A stretch of 64,000 nucleotides of DNA from positions 8,781 through 72,780 of the forward strand of contig JAQGDQ010000129.1 in assembly GCA_030141605.1 (NCBI GenBank), written 5' to 3'. This document shows, piece after piece, positions 38,641 to 53,400 of the stretch (position 1 is the first letter of the stretch; the number at the start of each line of letters is the position of its first letter). The translations under genes and the position numbers were made by a program. The DNA is from Tubiluchus corallicola. Its lineage: Eukaryota; Animalia; Priapulida. The notes below the pieces were generated by a model. That model did not search any database and was not told the origin of the DNA. It was given only the letters and a program-made list of their open reading frames with translations.

Positions 38641-39096
38641 ACAATAAGAAGTTTAAAAGTAGTTTTTCAATTACACGGAACTGTTTCGTGATTCTAAGTA
38701 TCCATGTGCCAAACTACATATTAGTATTATTCGGTGTACTCTATAGCGAACTTGCAGAAACAGGATATATTGATTTATGTTACGATGGTAATAATACAGG
38801 AGCTGAAATATTGTGATCGTCCATTTGCAAGTGTGCTATGTTTACCTAGCAATTGGGTAGTCTCACGTTTCAGTGGAGATGCCATGATGCTTCGCATCAT
38901 GTGAATGAGTTCTTCATTGTCAAGCTTGCTGTATACACACACAATACCTGCAGCAGGTGCAAGTTGTGTTATTGCTAATGTATCTTATTTGCTTGCGTAA
39001 AATAAAAATATAATGTTTATTCCCAATAAACCACTCCCTGACTGACGGAAAAGAGTATTCAACAGTAAAAAATAGACACTAAGGTTAAAATTGATC

Positions 39097-39328
39097 ACTG
39101 CCGCTGCCGTGGTCACCGCCGTCATTATCATCATCATCGTAGTATTCCTCGTCGTTGTCGTATTCGTCGTCATCATCATTATCACTCTTCATCAAGTCAC
39201 CACCACCACCACCACCATATCCATCACCATCACCACCTTTACCACCACCACCACCACTACTGCCACCACTGCCATCACCACCATCACCATCATCATAATC
39301 GTCATTATCATTACCGTCTTTATCATCA

Positions 39329-39367
<39 letters not shown>

Positions 39368-39470
39368 TCATCATCATTATCATCATCATGACCACCACCA
39401 TCATCATCATTATCATTATCATCCCCGTCTTCACCACCACCATCATCATTATCATCAGAATCATTACCAT
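39097..39470. repeat. Compound trinucleotide repeat (CAT/CAC/CGT)n
   Basis: Read directly; source of the poly-D/G/I/T/V pseudo-ORFs. Confidence 0.95.
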
Positions 39471-40061
39471 AAAGATTATTATCAGCAAACGACAATATAT
39501 ATATATATATATATATATACAAAACCTGCAACATATGAAATAACTGCAATGTCAAACCAAATTTGTGTTACAAACAGTTTAACAACTAAATAATTTATTC
39601 GCTGCCTAGAACAAGCATACATACTTATGAAAATATAATAAGGCAGCACGGTTCAGCGTCATCACATCCTAATATTAGCATCTTCTTGGGTAACTACAAC
39701 ATCTCGTTTTGCATGTGGCAGACCTAACAGCCCTGGTGGATGTATATCGATATTATGCACACAAAGCAGGTTACTCAATTTTCAATTTTTAGCGTTTATG
39801 TTCAATTTCACTGTACTTTAGCTTTGTCAAGACACGCCTTAAAATCGTATTTTACTGCAAAATTCTTCCATACACACGCAGTTTCGTTTCCAGTTAAAAC
39901 CAAATCAACAAACCACGTTGAAATAAACTAAACAAATTAGTATTTTATTATTCCTACCTTTCAGCACAAATGTTATAATCTACACTCAGCAGCTGCAGTC
40001 TCCTCTGATTAAATACTGCACTAGGAATGACAAGTCTCTTGTATTTACCTGTGTGCTTGCG

Positions 40062-40075
40062 GTTGCTATAGCAAC
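40062..40075. promoter_or_regulatory. Palindromic RFX X-box-like site GTTGCTATAGCAAC
   Basis: Perfect 14-bp palindrome fitting the X-box pattern, ~105 bp upstream (on the - strand) of a donor-like AAAG|GTAGGA at 39958. Confidence 0.5.
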
Positions 40076-42660
40076 GCACAGGTATATAATTTGCAGGTTT
40101 CAGTCAGCTCAACTTAACGTGATTCACTCACGAAACTCACAGTTATGGATTTGATCGTGCTAGGCGGTTCCCGTTTTACGGACTGCGCATGAACGGTCCC
40201 GGCGTTGACATGAATAATTTCTGAGAATGATCACAATGAGAGGTTGACCATGACTATTTATACCTAGCTATTGATGCTTTACAATGGTACCTTGTAAAGC
40301 TAGTTTTCTGACAAGGACAAATAGTTGGGAATGGGCTGAACTGACGAACTGCAAGTGTATGCATGCATGCATCTTGCGGCAAAATATTAATAAATCATGA
40401 TTAAAATTACTCGTTAATATTGACTTTAAAAATGTCCAATTCATGCTGCATAGGCACAAAATGCTTCTCAGTTGGAAAGAAATCATGATGCTATCAGTAT
40501 TTTCTTGTTTGACTTGCTTTCAATAAATTTTTCGCCGCGGTTATTCTCCCCGAGTGAGCCACCTGGCATCCTACTTAAAGAATTGTGGCCATGTGGACAG
40601 CTTCGTGATGCAGCGAGTAGTGATACTCGCTATTTGGGCGAGTAGCTTGTAGTTGCTGTGAGTTCGATACCAGCTTTATGCAGTATCATCCATGAAACTT
40701 GGTTGTTTAGCTTGTAGGAGTATATATATATATATATACATGTAGTAGTATATACCTCCGAAAGTGGCTTTAACACCTCTGCTTGTTCAGTCGCTCATCT
40801 AATGAATTTTACTCAAAGAACTAAGCGGTTTAACGCCGTTTACAGGTTATGCAACTTTTTTGTAAGCATTTTGCCTAAAAGTTTTCTAAGATCCGCCAAA
40901 CCAAAATGTTGGCGCCATTCCAAATTCTCGCCCAATTATACAAACATTTCTAGGGCTAAAAGTATCAAGTCAGCACATAATATCAAAAGTGGGCCTTTTA
41001 ATTTTTCAAGTAATAAGCACTGGGCTGAAATCAGGAATAAAAGTCGAGTACTACAAGAAGAAACCTTTATGCGTGTATTGCAAAAATTAATACACGTCGT
41101 TTTGAACGCACCATAGTGCAAATCAGTTTACATCGCTGCGTTTATATGCGTGCCTGAATTGTTTGGATGGCTTTTTAATTTTTAATGTGTCAAGTTATGC
41201 TAAGACTTAAGCACACTGCTAACGTCTGCTTTGATATTAAGTTTGAATGGGAATTTACTGTCCTTGGCTTCCTGTTACATAAGCCCCTGTTCAGCTAACG
41301 AATTCCCGGGAAGCGAAACGTTGCATACTTGCGCCATCTATGAGTGAAAATAATCAACCCAAGCGCGCAAATTCCATTGTGTGGAACACAAGTTACACCA
41401 CCCATTTTCTTTGTACGGCATAATTGTATGATACTTGCGGTTAGAGGCCTTTACAATAATATCGGCAGGATAACTACTTCCGATTCTATTCTTCTCTATT
41501 ATTCCATAATTATCTTTATAAACACAGTTACAAAAAATAGGCCTACACATATGAAACTATTTGACAAGTTGTAACAACAGAAAGAGAAATATGCTTCAGA
41601 TGCAATCTGAAATTTTTATTGTTTTCAAGAACCAAAGAGCCTAGCATGACAACATAGCCAAATCGCCTGTTATTGCAGATTTCATTGCATTATCAGTATC
41701 ACACATAGCTGTAGTGAGAAACACAAATAATCCATTATTAAAATAGACGTAAGTTAAATTAATTCAGCATAATAATATGTTTTGTTCGAAAACAGATTTT
41801 CACTAATGAGTTATCCTTCACTATGAAGATTTTTTTCTTAATCACACCTGGAGAGAGGAACAATTAGTTTTGCTAGTTCTGTTAAAGATGAGCTGAATTC
41901 TTAATGATGGTCGGCTATTTGTCCTAGCTTGAACGCCGGGTTTTCAACGTACTTTACAACACTTTAAGCGTTTCATTGCAAGTTTGCGTTTTTCATTTTC
42001 CCTCGGGGATGGACGTTTTGTAGTCGTGTAATCATAACAATAATTTATCTTTTCAGAGCTACGTAAACTCGCGCCGATATTCCCTTGTTGGTGTGTAGTC
42101 AAACCACTTAGTCCTTTTTCGTAATTGAATTGGTTCGATGTCAGTTTGCAATAAGGTTAATTTAAAAGAATGTTCTCATGTGGAAGCGTAAATCACGTTT
42201 CTCGGTGCAGTAACGGCTGTAAAACGGCACATAAATTTTTAAGCCGATTCGCTCTTTCTGAAATTCAAACGCAACGTTAAATATTACCTACAGTAAAACT
42301 AAAGTTATTTTAGTAGTCACCCAGTTGCAGAAAACTATGTATAAGTTTTGACTTGTACAGAAACAACCTGTATACAAAATCTTGGTAGAAAACTTATCTC
42401 TGTGCTATAAACTTAACATTTGTTAAAGGTACACTAGTTTCTGTTCGTTCATTAATAATTCTGTAGGTGGTGACACCTGTGACTTAAACAGGACTAGCAA
42501 AAAGTACAGCATGTATAGTGTTGTGATATGATGAAGGAGAAGAGGAATCTTTATAGACTGGAGATGTTTTATAACCGTTTTTTAAAAATTTTTTCTAGTA
42601 TTGTTTTTTGTGCTTTTCCTTTTGCTGTTTGTATTCTGTGTTCAGTAATAGCTATAATGG

Positions 42661-42696
<36 letters not shown>

Positions 42697-45600
42697 CAAA
42701 ATATAATGGCAATATAAATTATAAAATCAGTTCGTATCTATTGATATTTTGTTTTTTATTTCCCCTGAACACAGTAAAACGAATTTTCCCAAGTTTTTAA
42801 ATTTACTGTGAATTTTTTTTATTATTTGTTGCAATTTGTATAATTATGTTTTTCATTTAAAGGGGAAAAAAGAGAACTTTAAAGTAAATCCCAAAAAAAC
42901 TTTCCATATAAAATTATATTACTTTGCATTATCTGTTTGAAAAACTTATACAATTAGAAAAGAAAATTCTTTGTAATTTAAAATGTTTGCGCCAGGTGGT
43001 AAAACACCATTGGCTCACCTTCCTAGTGTGCCCGCCGATCACCAAAAAATCATATTATTAACCTGACAAGATAAAGTAAATTTATATTTTTGCTTAGTTA
43101 GTGAAGAATGTGCTACGAATGCTCTGATTATTTTTTCAAACTTCACCTCATGTTATCTAACCTTGGTTCAAACAACCTACCGTCAAAATGGGTGCGCCTA
43201 ACGATCATCGCGGGACTTTAATTTATAAGTTTACAGCGTTACTGTCGATACGAGCTCTGTTTGCAAGACAGTACGTAGGTGATATAAAATTTCAAGACAA
43301 ATTTTAAGCTTTCTTTATGAAGAGTGTTCTCTTGTGCTCTAAAGCTTACTTCAACACGTTAAAATACTATGTAAATTTACAAAAATCACGATAAAAAGCA
43401 AGTAATTAAAAAACTGAGAAGTAGGAACGCGAATGAATAGGTATTAGACCTATAAGTATTTTATTCGCAAAACTGCATTTCCATTGCCAATAATTCTTTT
43501 CAGTTTAATTCAGCATAATTCGTCTCAATTCATTAAAATGAACCATAGCACTAACTCAACATACACACAGATATAAAAAATAATAAAATTAAAATATTAT
43601 GAGAATGGTCACAGGACACTTACGGCACATCTAAAATAACAAAGGAGAGACAGTTACAATAAAGCGGCAAGCAAAACATTGCATTCGCAACTAATTGAGA
43701 ACAGAGAATTGAAAACAGATCGAGGATCCGTTCAAATTCCCAGGTTTTCGTGATCACGACATTTTCTTGGTGCATTATCTCTGAGCACCAAGTTCGGATT
43801 TTTCGTAGAGTATCATTTCTAGACCATTTATCAGTCTTAATTCTTGGAACAATTGATTAATTCTCGGCTTCTTCTTCAGCTACGAAAAATGTGTGTGTGG
43901 TGTCATGTGAATTATTATGTGCAGCTACAGTAACTGAAAAGAAAAGTAATATCTGTACGGGCGCCTTTGCACTATGGATTTCTCATTCGTTCGTCTGAAC
44001 GCTTGAAAAATGCATGGCGGTTTTCACACTCATATAGTTCATTAAGCAGTTGCATTAGAACTGAAGTGTTTTGTACCTAGTTAATGGAGCGGACCTGGCA
44101 AAAAACAGTAAGTGGATAACAGGTCACCTCCATACCTTGACTTCCTGAAATATTTTTTGTAATATTTATCAAATAAAGTGAGCAAAAAGTTGAGTTTTAT
44201 CCTTTTGCTAACTATTGATAAATCAGAATACGTGATGTGTATGTAAACACTTTAAAATGTACAATATGACAACAAAAATTACAATTAATGTTATTAATAT
44301 TAATAACATTAATATGTTATTATTAATAATTATGTCACTAAAAGGCCAAGGGAAAATAGCCAAGATGTAATAATCATTCACTGATTTGTCGTTAATCAGA
44401 TAAGAACTAAATTACTAGTAAGAAATATGTAGCAATGCAATGCATATCAAAATATGACCATATAATCTAGCAAATACAAGTTCACTTGCTTACTTAAACC
44501 TATCAGTATTCTTGGTAATTTTTAAAGTGCGTCAAAAAAGTGCAATATAATGTTTAACGAAAGAAAAAACAGAGATTAACAAATGTTAGCCTCAGTGTCT
44601 AAATTGAACACATTCATTTGTATTATGTTATACTTGCAGGATAAACTGTGAACAAGTTGCTCTCTTCTTGCATTATAAAGATAGCATTCGAGCATAAAGT
44701 TATATAACCGATTCAGCATAAACATCCACATTATTACCATACCTATTTATATTATGCTTATTCAAATGTTCATTTAACTGAGAAAAGCCTAACCTAAGAC
44801 TAGTGTGATGAATACGTGCAGGAATAATATCACAAGATAAATACTTAGCTCTATCAACAAATCCAAGTAAGTTATAAATGTTGCGCCCAAAACCACTAAT
44901 GGTTGAAAAAATGTAGAAAAAATATCGCGATTTGTTAGAAAATCAGCTAATAAATATCTAATTTTAGATTTATACGTTTTGAATATCGAAATATGTTTGC
45001 GAAACAAGTACATATTGTAGGCCTATAAGGAGGTACACATGTATTGAGATGGAGAACAAGTTCTAAGAGTATTTAAAAATAAGAACGAAATCCCTATTTA
45101 CACGAAGCTACAAAAAAATTCGTCTTGAAAATTTGTATCACCTAAATACGGTCTTATTGCACACAGAGCTTTTACCAGCAGTAGCGCTGTAAACTTGTAA
45201 ATTTAAACTCCTGCGATGACCGTTAGGTGAAGCCACTTTGATAAGAAGTGGTTTGAAACAAGTTTAGGTAGCATTGCGTAAAGTTTGAAAAAACGTAGCA
45301 CACTCTTCGTTAACTAAGCAAAAGTGTAAATTAGTTTAAATTGTCTATAAGATCAATAATGTGTTTTTTGGTAAGCCAATTGTGGCATACTGTAACGGTG
45401 ATACAATGACGTTTTCCAAATTGGCGGGAACATTTTATATTATTAAAAAAAATTCTTTTCAAATAAAATACGTCATTTAAACAGGTAGGCGTAAATCGCC
45501 AAGTAATATTACTTTGTATGGGAAGTTTTTTGGGGATATTGGGAATGAAATTTCCTTTTCTGCTCCTTTAAACTTTTAGACTGATGCCTGTATTTCAGTA

Positions 45601-47386
45601 TAAAAGAAGTTTGCCGTTTACGTAGAAAACGTACATACATGTGTTACAGCGTACAAAAACTATAATGTTAGCTACATTCGTCATCAGTCAGTATTCAGTA
45701 GAATATTGTAGGTCGACGGTACCATCTTTTTAATGCTATTACAGTATTCAGGTGACAGTCGGCTAGCATTTCCTATTGATTCGGGCAGCTTATACGCAGC
45801 TTGCCTGGCTATACATTATGAAGCTGAAGTTCTTTCTGTTTGGATAGCCGTAAAATTCAGGGCATATAATACGCTTAGGACGGTAATTAATCAAACGTTT
45901 ACACAGCAGCCAGAGTATTGTAGGATTTATTAGGAGATTGGCTTTCCACGCCTGTATAATGTACTTATGATATTGTGCTGATTGCGCTGTATCGCACTGA
46001 AGGGCAGGAAAATGCCATCGAGAAAATGCCATTGCTGGTGAAACGACGCCAGAGATGAATTGTACAAGGATTAGGTTATAATGCAATAACAGAAAAGTAA
46101 ATATGTACTGTTACATAAAGGTATCTAAGTGACTTAGCCACTAACACAAATTTATTTGTTTACAAGCAACTGCTTATTTTTCTTGCACTAAATAACTTGC
46201 TTGAGTGGTTTTTCTAATACTTTGTAATCTAATTAGCCTCATTATTTATATCTGAATCTATGAATAATATATATATTTGATACCGTTACATGATATCTTA
46301 CCTGTCTTAAGAAAGAAGGCAAATAAATAAACAAATAATCAAATAACAAATAAATCCTGTAATTATAGTCTCTGAGGTCTAGACTGACTCTAAATAGATA
46401 GTTGTGCTTCGAAATTTTATTCCCTTTTGACACTTGAATTTGAAGTAGGAAAGACAGTTCAGTTCAATTCATTTCTGTTCTATTCAATTCAATTTAATTC
46501 AAGTCTATATTTCATTTGACAGATTTGTACAAGTAAATGTAGAGAAATACGTCAATAATCACAAAGTATTTTCCGTACAGTAGACTTAAGTATAGTGCGT
46601 ATATAGGCCCTATAAGGCTATAGTCGTAACTAATTAGTGGTGATTATACGAATCCACTTCCGAAAGAGTAGAACGTTAAGGTTGCAAGATTTGAAGAACT
46701 GAAACACCACATTCATTTTTGTACTGCCGCCATCATTTCATTTCCACCTGTATTATTGCTGTTACTGTTGATCGCTGTTGTCTGTTGCTGCTACTTTAAA
46801 TTTCTTCTATATTTCTTCTATTTTAGCCTACATATGCATTCTTCAACAATTTAAACAATTACATTCTTTAGGTTTCACAAACGATAGTGCTTAGCGATTT
46901 TCACTTTTTATTGACAGACTGCGCTCGCTCGCCGCCGGCTGCGTTTCAGATCTTGCAAGCTTCTTGGATTTGTTGACTTAAGCCGAGTATGATTTGATGT
47001 ACTCCGGCTGCTTAATAGTATTCGAAAAATGCTGGTTATTAAATAGCAGTCTGACATTTACAGTAGAAACTTTCAGCTACTCAGTTCTGAATAAAATAGT
47101 TGAGATGAATTAAGTCTTGTTACTTTCATTTTGCCTATTTATGAATGACAAAATATTATGTATTTTATTTGCTCAAAAGGCTTTGGCATAATGATACAAG
47201 ACAGCTTACACAGATTAAAGATAAGGGGCATATAATGGCCATATATACAAAGAGATATCAGTGTTAGATAATGACAAAACATGCAGTATTCTAAGCAAAT
47301 GTGACAGGAAAAAGCTAGTGAAACAAAAAATTAAGACAATAAAAGAAAATAAATTACGGGTAATGCACTACAGAAAAGAATACACC

Positions 47387-47391
<5 letters not shown>

Positions 47392-47478
<87 letters not shown>

Positions 47479-47553
47479 TCTCTCTCCCCCCTCTCTCTCT
47501 CTCCCTCCCTCCCCCCTCTCTTTTTCTCTCTCTGTCTCTCTTTCTCTCTCTCG

Positions 47554-47645
<92 letters not shown>
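47392..47645. repeat. (TC)n microsatellite with an interrupted core
   Basis: Read directly. Confidence 0.97.
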
Positions 47646-47650
<5 letters not shown>

Positions 47651-50205
47651 CTCGTTGTCTTTCTCTCGTTCTTTCAAGATGTTTTACTGATGAAAGGCAA
47701 TATACTTGTACAATAAAAAACTTCAGAATATACAAGCTGCACATTTTTTATTTTAATAAAAAAATAATTACTCCGACAAGCCAATTTAAGATTATGAAAA
47801 TTATACATAGTCTGTCTTTCAGGAAAAGCTACCTTTATACAATGAAAAGATCTTAAAAACTTGGACATTAGTTATGCCAAAATTATAGTCAAGTCAAACA
47901 GCTTACAAAAGATCTATTTTTCCGGCTGTGTAACATCTTTGATAACCATGAAGTCGTTATTTACAAATATGTCAGTTCCTATAAACAAATAAATTAAAAA
48001 TTAAACTCGAAAAAAGTTTAACGCAAGTCACGTACAAAATTAGAAATCGTATCATCCAATAGACATCAGTCAAGGGTGAATTCGGTTTTTACCATTTTTT
48101 GCATTGCCTTGAAATTGAAACCATGAGCTTCACATTTTAAAAGGATCTGTGCAACATGGCGAAATAAATGATTATTTTTCAAGCACAGCAAAGCAACTAA
48201 ATAATAAATTTGATATTTGCCTTGGATTTAGTGGTAAATGCTTTAAGCATTTTTCATCTAAAGCTTCAAACTCTGTGTTTCTCTTGGCAAATCCTATGAC
48301 AAATGCTGGCCAACAAATCCAAGGTTTTGACCGATACATGTCCACGAAGTATACATGATAACTTATGCTGCAGTTAAAAACAAATTAATTTTGATATCAT
48401 AAATTTACTTATGGATTTACGTAAAACCTGAGTCCGACAGTTAAGTAATCGATTTCTAAGCAAAGGTTATTTTGCAAAAACGTTATTTAAAAATAGATAC
48501 GTCTACTATTTTTCTGCAGAGACAAACATTTGATTTTAAACAAGACGTCAAAAATTTGAACTAAGTTTACAACATATAGTATCGGTCAATCGAAGCACGA
48601 CTACATTTAAAAAAATGTAATCAGACTTTTTGCATTGACCTTTACCAGACTTCTTTGCTGCAGCACATTTTACTGCAACAGAACATAAATTGACGTTTGA
48701 GATTGGTGGAAACTCTATCTGAAATCTGATGAAATCTAAGAATTCAAGAAGCTCTTAAAATGGTTGTATTTCCCTTGATGTTTCCTTGAATCAATCTTTA
48801 TATTGTTACCTATTCATCTCTGCTTTGAAAATGTTTCAATATGCCATGGCGAAATTACTTCACCAAATAGTTACTGAGTGGGCAAAATCTAAAAGCGATA
48901 AGTGATTTTGCAAATTGTTATCCCATTTTATCAATATTTGAATAAGTAGAATTTCATGTAATTCTCGAACCTTTTGATCGAGGCTACTTCAAAGAGCACG
49001 CTGATGGTAGCAATTTTTGTTTGTACACGCTTTGTCGAGCTGTATTAGAATTCAATGAATATACAGTTTTAATTAAAATTTTTTGTGCTGCCAAATTACA
49101 TTTAATATCTCTATAACGATCCAGTAACACAGAAATTTTTAATCGTGTTTCGTTAGCCTTTATCTGACAAGGTTTGAATAAAAGGAACTTGAAATGCCTT
49201 ACGTAACAGGTTAGAGTGGAGGGGAACAATTTGCTAACTTTTATTTTTATTTAACCCAAGAAATTTGGAAACATTATACGTACATGATTTACATACAGAT
49301 GTCGGCTGGAAGACCCATACATGGCGAAAAGTGAGTGAGTGACAGGTAAAAAAAAATCAATGCAACAAGACATGGTCAAGTAGTCAATCAACGAAGTGAA
49401 GTAGATGTGAGATTTCTGTTTACTGTTGTTTTGAAGTAACTGTTCGTGTCTTGTAGATTCTTATTTATGTGGGTAAATTTAACATAGCTGTACTTATTCA
49501 TTGAATGCAAAAGTTATTTACATGAATGAGTTAATTAAAATTAAACGTGTACAGTATAATACGGCTTACAGCAGCATTTTAAGCATTCCTGTCTTCTAAG
49601 GATTTTAGAGGTTTTAGAGAAAAAACAATTGAAGTTTTTCTCTTGGTTTCACCTAAACGAACGGAAGTGCTTTTGATATTTCGAGTAGAGGTTACCAATA
49701 TTCTTTACCATGAAAACATGGGGTACAAAAAACTGTAGACCAGAGACATGAAAACTATTACCTTTTCAATGTAGCCGGATATGGCAGTTTGGCTGATTTA
49801 GTGTGTCACGTTTTAGGGATTATATTTAAGAATGACCTAAATTATGGTCCGACCATAATCATTCAACATAATGGTAAGCCATGTTGTTGAGTACTGGATT
49901 CCGGATTGCAGTGTGAAACTGTATTATATTAAAAATAGCGCGTTTAAATTTCGCATAAAAAATTTCATGTTCCCATAAAATATTTACCTCGTAACTGTCG
50001 GTATCCAATCTTGATCGAAAATCTAAACAAACATTCTTCGCTCAAACACATGTGTGCTTGAATAGATCATTGGATGGAGTGAAGATACGTTTGTGTACAT
50101 AGCAAACACATTTAACGAAGTAGAGCGAACTAAAATGAGTGCTAAGTGAAGAGAAGAACACTTTTTAGCAGCAGCAGAGGAAAGTGTCTCAGTACATTGT
50201 GTATA

Positions 50206-50482
50206 CAGGGTGTTTAAAAGAAACAGTGCACTAATAAATCTTTACATATTATTAGTGCGTCAATTTTATACATACAACGTTCAATAAGTGTGGACATCCA
50301 AAATTATATGGCAGAAAAATTCGAATTACCCAGAAATAATATTATTTTTAATAGTTTTTACATCGTTATGATGTCATAATGCATAATTTGGGATATGATG
50401 TCACAATGCCCAGTTTTGAAATTGAAAGATATTTCATCATATCAGCGCATTTCTACTGCACTGTTTCTTTTGGAACACCACG
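50206..50482. mobile_element. Tc1/mariner-type MITE
   Basis: TA-CAGGGTGTTTAAAAGAAACAGTGCACTAATAAAT at the left; the right end reverse-complements to CGTGGTGTTCCAAAAGAAACAGTGCAGTAGAAAT. Confidence 0.75.
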
Positions 50483-53400
50483 TCTTCAAGTTACAAATCA
50501 CAATGCCACAGTGCGATTTGTAACTTGAGAACGTGGTGCTCCATAAGAAACATAAATGTGCAGTAGAAATACGCTGTTACCGAGGTTACATCCCGTAATC
50601 TCAGAAAAATTAGAGTTTTCATCAGAAAACGAATTAGTAAAAATATTGTTAATTGTGTACGCCCACTTCGCATTCATCTTGCGTTCAGTCCAATTCGCTG
50701 TTTTGAGCTTCTGGAATTAGTGATTGAAGATTGGAGATTGAAGATCTTGATTCAGTAAATGTTGGACCACATTTTGTGAAAATAACTAACATGTGATGCT
50801 AAAATAACTAAAATGTTTACATTGCCGTGATGCTAATTTTAGAGATCTTAAATCGTAACAGTCATAATAACATAGCTTATAGTTAACTGAAAACTATCAA
50901 TTCATTTTAATTAATTACCAACCCAAAATGATACATATTGTTTTATCTATACGTATTTACTTGCAGAATTTTTTTATTGAGATGATTTCCTAGTACAAGA
51001 AAAAGTCTTAGTCGAACGATCTCAAATAAAAGTTTCTCAGCGTTTACTTACAAGTGTTTTGATTACTCGTGAAGCAACTCACCCAATACGAAAATAAGAA
51101 TATAAGAATAAGCCATGTATGAAGCCAAGTATACACTACATTTTCATAGCGCCTATTCTAATCCCTATTACTTGCAGAAGCCTGAGCGCCACCGGAAGAT
51201 ATCTTTTGATCTTCGACGCTACTTACAGAATGCTAATAAAAGACCCATGGATAACAGTATGTAGCTTTAAGAATGTCTCTTAAGAGAGTATTGGTTCTTT
51301 TGAAACTATTTATTAATACGCATGGTAATTCAAGATTTGTAAAGATTTACAGCGTCATTCATCATGTTTAGTAAAAGCCGTTTCGAGTTGCGCAAAAGAA
51401 TATATGCAGTTAAACTGAATATTTTTACTGCATTCTGTAAGTTACGGGCGCGTTGGATGAAACATGGCTATTCTTAAACAATGGTGTCAAAACTCTATTA
51501 AGCCTACAGAACGGACTCGGTGTTATTTCTAGTTAAAAGCAGTAATGTCATTTATAATAATTAATAATTTTTAGAAGAATTTCGTCTCTTCGCAACTGGC
51601 AATTCACAAGATTATATTAGTTCAAAATCTATTGTGATTTAGTCAACCAGTAAAAACGAAATTGTAAAAAAACACATGCACCTACATTATATCATCTACT
51701 TTACTATTTGGTTAGTGAAAACATAAAATTCAAACAATGCTTAAACCTTATTAGGCACCATGTACATTAGCTGATCAATGCAGTCTTTTGCAGCAACTTG
51801 GCGTGTAAAATCTACTAAAGCGACGAAGAAATGATCAAGCGTCAACATTCACTAATGCAAAATAAAGATTTTCGTGACTTATAGCAGTTACTGTACTAAA
51901 ATTACGTATGTTGTGCGAGAATGATTCGAGCTATAAGCAAATACGTCGGTTGGGGGTAGGAAAGTACGAAAAAGCCACCTGCTGAATTAAAAGGTTTTTT
52001 TAAGGCACAATAACACTTGAGCCATAACAAATGATTAAAACTGCCAACATTTTGCAACACCAACGAACATGCAATTGCAGTTGAACATTGCTACAATTTT
52101 TTTCATTTCCACCAAAAAAATGTGACGCGCTGTAATGATGACGGGATGCTGGCCTATAGTAAGCAGCCACAGCAGGTGCTGACAGCGATAAAGAACAGCA
52201 GTAACGCTTCCAAGTTTGTAGTAGATGAATCTAGATATTTGACTGCAAATGTATGTGAACTTTGTACAAATTTCCAATCCTGGGCAAAATTGAAACGCTT
52301 CAAATCTGTACTATTGAAAACCATTTATTAAACTAAAATAAATTGTATTAAAGCACTACACAAAGCCTCTACTTATATAAATGGTTGACGTTCCTTGGTG
52401 ACCAAAATCTTAGTGACCTTGGGTACCATACCTAAAACTAAGCGGCCACAATCGTGGTAATCATAAAAGTAATTTCAAAGATGCTTGTTTGCGTAGTTCT
52501 GCGCATTGTATTGTAGCCTACGTAGATGTATAATAACATACAAAATAAACAAATAAACTAGTTTAAAAGCAGCTTATTTAAATAATAAAATTAGTATTCA
52601 AGTTTGCTGCTAGTACAATATTTCGGAACAGCAACCATTGTCGCAGATGCGAGCATTTAATTTACAGCTTATTATTAATTTTGATTTGTAGTTTTAAACT
52701 TCAGTTTTTCATTACCACTAAGTCAGTGCTGACATTTTGCTTGTACACTTGAAAGTTTCCAATATATGTATGTATTTGCTACTGCTATACGTTTGTATGG
52801 AACTGGGTTACTGGGCTTCTCTGTGAATGTAATAGTTTTTCACACTTGGTAGCAAGATTAGAGGACAGGCAATAGGCTTAAACAGTTGTGTGGTTATAAT
52901 AACGTTTTGACTCAGGTGCCATGATATATTGGCTGATGGATTTACTTTAACTTTTGTTTACTGCTGTTGATTATGTTTACCATTTCCGTGTATATGTAGA
53001 CTGACTATGAGACTATGATTTTGAGTAAAATACAGATCGCAAAGTTAAACCATGTTTTCTTCCAGTGATTTCTTCTATTTAACACGAATATCGCAACTAC
53101 AAAAACAATCTGATAAACCTGCCAATGTCGGTTGTTGGCTCTCCCCAAAACACCCCAGCGACAACTTTAGCATCACGACAACCATACAGGGTCCGGTTTC
53201 ACAAAACCTTCATTAACTTTATGCCGTCGTTATTAGTAAGTGGATGAAATAACGACGTCGTTAACTTAGCGCCGTCTTTGTAAAATTGAAACAACAGTAT
53301 TTCGATTTTGCAAAGTGGAAATTATACATCAGAACAATAGTGCACATTCTTTGCAATAAAGTTGCTAACGCTCCTTTTCGAAAGATTTAGCTATAGATTT

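Noticed and set aside
39085-39555. Asp/Gly-rich 156-aa ORF resembling an acidic biomineralisation protein
   Set aside because: A trinucleotide repeat open in several frames and on both strands, starting in a (TA)n tract, without a credible start or signal peptide.
40583-40672. A-box/B-box-like motifs suggesting a tRNA
   Set aside because: No cloverleaf can be formed; at most a decayed SINE head.
47261-47744. Poly-ER / poly-SL ORFs (also 24907-25381 and 58729-59176)
   Set aside because: Microsatellite translations.
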